A stretch of DNA of 24,000 bases from Candidatus Aenigmatarchaeota archaeon (GTDB lineage: Archaea; Aenigmatarchaeota; Aenigmatarchaeia; GW2011-AR5; JACRAC01), in NCBI GenBank assembly GCA_016219465.1, contig JACRMW010000034.1:176-24175 (forward strand). Reading direction: 5' to 3'. The notes beneath the pieces are model-generated. The model ran no database searches. It saw only the letters and a program-made list of their open reading frames with translations, and was not told the origin of the DNA. Below are positions 22,890 through 24,000 of the stretch, piece after piece. Position 1 is the stretch's first letter, and each line of letters opens with the position of its first letter. Position numbers and translations under genes: made by a program.

Positions 22890-24000
22890 ATGCGAATTTT
22901 TTATTCGGTTGCAATATTGCTGATTATGATTAGCTTTGTTGTTATACCTGCAGCTGCTGACAGCAATGATGCTCTTTCGCGCTCTTCTGATTCGCTGCAA
23001 TCGTACACATCGCCTGAATATATTCCTGGCCAGATGCTTGTGAAATACAAAAATAATGGAGAGCCTACTGACATTGTAAATATCCTGGGCATTGCGCAGG
23101 CTGCTGAAGAGGATGAGAAGCCTAATATAATCGTGATTGAAGTTGATAAGAGAACAGATATTGAAGCGCTGGCAAAGCAGTATGAAAAAAATCCTGCTGT
23201 GGAATATGCAGAACCTAATTATCTTGCGCAGGCATTTTTAGCGCCAGATGACCTTTCATATTCAACCCAGTATCATCATGCAAACATAGAATCCAGCCTT
23301 GCATGGAACATCACACAAGGCAACATTTCTGTCATTATAGGCATCATAGACACAGGTGTTGACTGGGATCATCCTGATCTTGCTTCAAATATCTGGAACA
23401 ATACAGCTGAAACAAACTGCACAAATGGCGTGGATGATGATTCTAATGGATTTGTAGATGACTGCAGGGGCTGGGATTTTGTAGACAATATAACTGACTG
23501 TTATGATGGAGAGGATTGTGATGACAGGGACAATAATCCTATGGATTTTCATGGCCATGGAACACACGTATCTGGCATTGCAGCTGCAGTGACAAACAAT
23601 TCAATTGGCGTAGCTGGTGTATGCTGGAACTGCAAGATAATGCCATTGAGAGCAGGCTTCAAATATAATAATGGAGGAGGATATCTTACTACAGCAGATA
23701 TTGTCTCTGCTCTTTATTATGGAGCAGATAATGGAGCAGACATAATCAGCATGTCATTTGGATTAAGCTCTTCGTCATCAAGCCTGCAGGATGCTATAAA
23801 TTATGCTTATTCAAAAGGTGTTGTGTTAATAGCTGCGTCTGGTAATTCTAATTCAGCAACAAGGCAATATCCTGCTGCATATGACAATGTTGTTTCAGTG
23901 GGTTCTACTGATTCATCAGATGCAAAATCATCTTTTTCAAACCACGGAACATGGCTTGATGCTGCTGCGCCAGGCACAAGCATAAACAGCACTTATTTCA
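22890..24000 (+). CDS. secreted subtilisin-like serine protease (peptidase S8), 3'-truncated by the window end
   Basis: Absent from the ORF track because no stop is reached. My translation starts MRIFYSVAILLIMISFVVIPAAADS (signal or anchor peptide). It continues with an I9-like propeptide, catalytic Asp in IGIIDTGVDWDHPDL, His in HGHGTHVSGIAAA, and Asn region AASGNS. Confidence 0.9.
   Translation, partial: MRIFYSVAILLIMISFVVIPAAADSNDALSRSSDSLQSYTSPEYIPGQMLVKYKNNGEPTDIVNILGIAQAAEEDEKPNIIVIEVDKRTDIEALAKQYEKNPAVEYAEPNYLAQAFLAPDDLSYSTQYHHANIESSLAWNITQGNISVIIGIIDTGVDWDHPDLASNIWNNTAETNCTNGVDDDSNGFVDDCRGWDFVDNITDCYDGEDCDDRDNNPMDFHGHGTHVSGIAAAVTNNSIGVAGVCWNCKIMPLRAGFKYNNGGGYLTTADIVSALYYGADNGADIISMSFGLSSSSSSLQDAINYAYSKGVVLIAASGNSNSATRQYPAAYDNVVSVGSTDSSDAKSSFSNHGTWLDAAAPGTSINSTYF

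Overview
This is an AT-rich archaeal chromosomal segment. The gene set is archaeal: ribosomal proteins L31e, L39e and S19e, aIF6, prefoldin alpha, PCNA, RNase P Rpp21, CTP-type riboflavin kinase and PolX. The small, patchy housekeeping content looks like a DPANN-type genome, but that placement is inference. I support about 34 protein genes, including five too short for, or running off the end of, the ORF track (CxxC zinc ribbon, AbrB-like, L39e, a 44-aa zinc ribbon, and a 3'-truncated S8 subtilase). There are two or three toxin-antitoxin modules. I found no rRNA, tRNA or CRISPR. The most unusual content is non-coding. Almost every larger intergenic spacer holds copies of one modular repeat superfamily. 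Each copy has inverted ends TTATAG...CTATAA. The ends enclose a long-range closing stem and a string of short, perfectly paired hairpins (7-15 bp stems). The hairpins are joined by the palindrome TGTACA or by ATGTAT/TGTAT variants. Hairpin cassettes are shared, shuffled and compensatorily mutated between loci. A second two-hairpin MITE-like family of about 85 bp has three copies, and one of them carries two TGTACA hairpins inserted in its loop. Two arrays in inverted orientation bracket a 4.3-kb block whose inversion would restore the canonical archaeal gene order L39e-L31e-aIF6-PfdA-FtsY. I know of no described element class that matches this architecture. My leading interpretations are a REP/BIME-like mobile hairpin system or a structured multi-hairpin RNA family. 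Smaller oddities are a perfect 62-bp x2 GC-rich tandem repeat, a 19-bp tandem duplication that frameshifts a gene start, and an A6-run frameshift in an AbrB-like gene.
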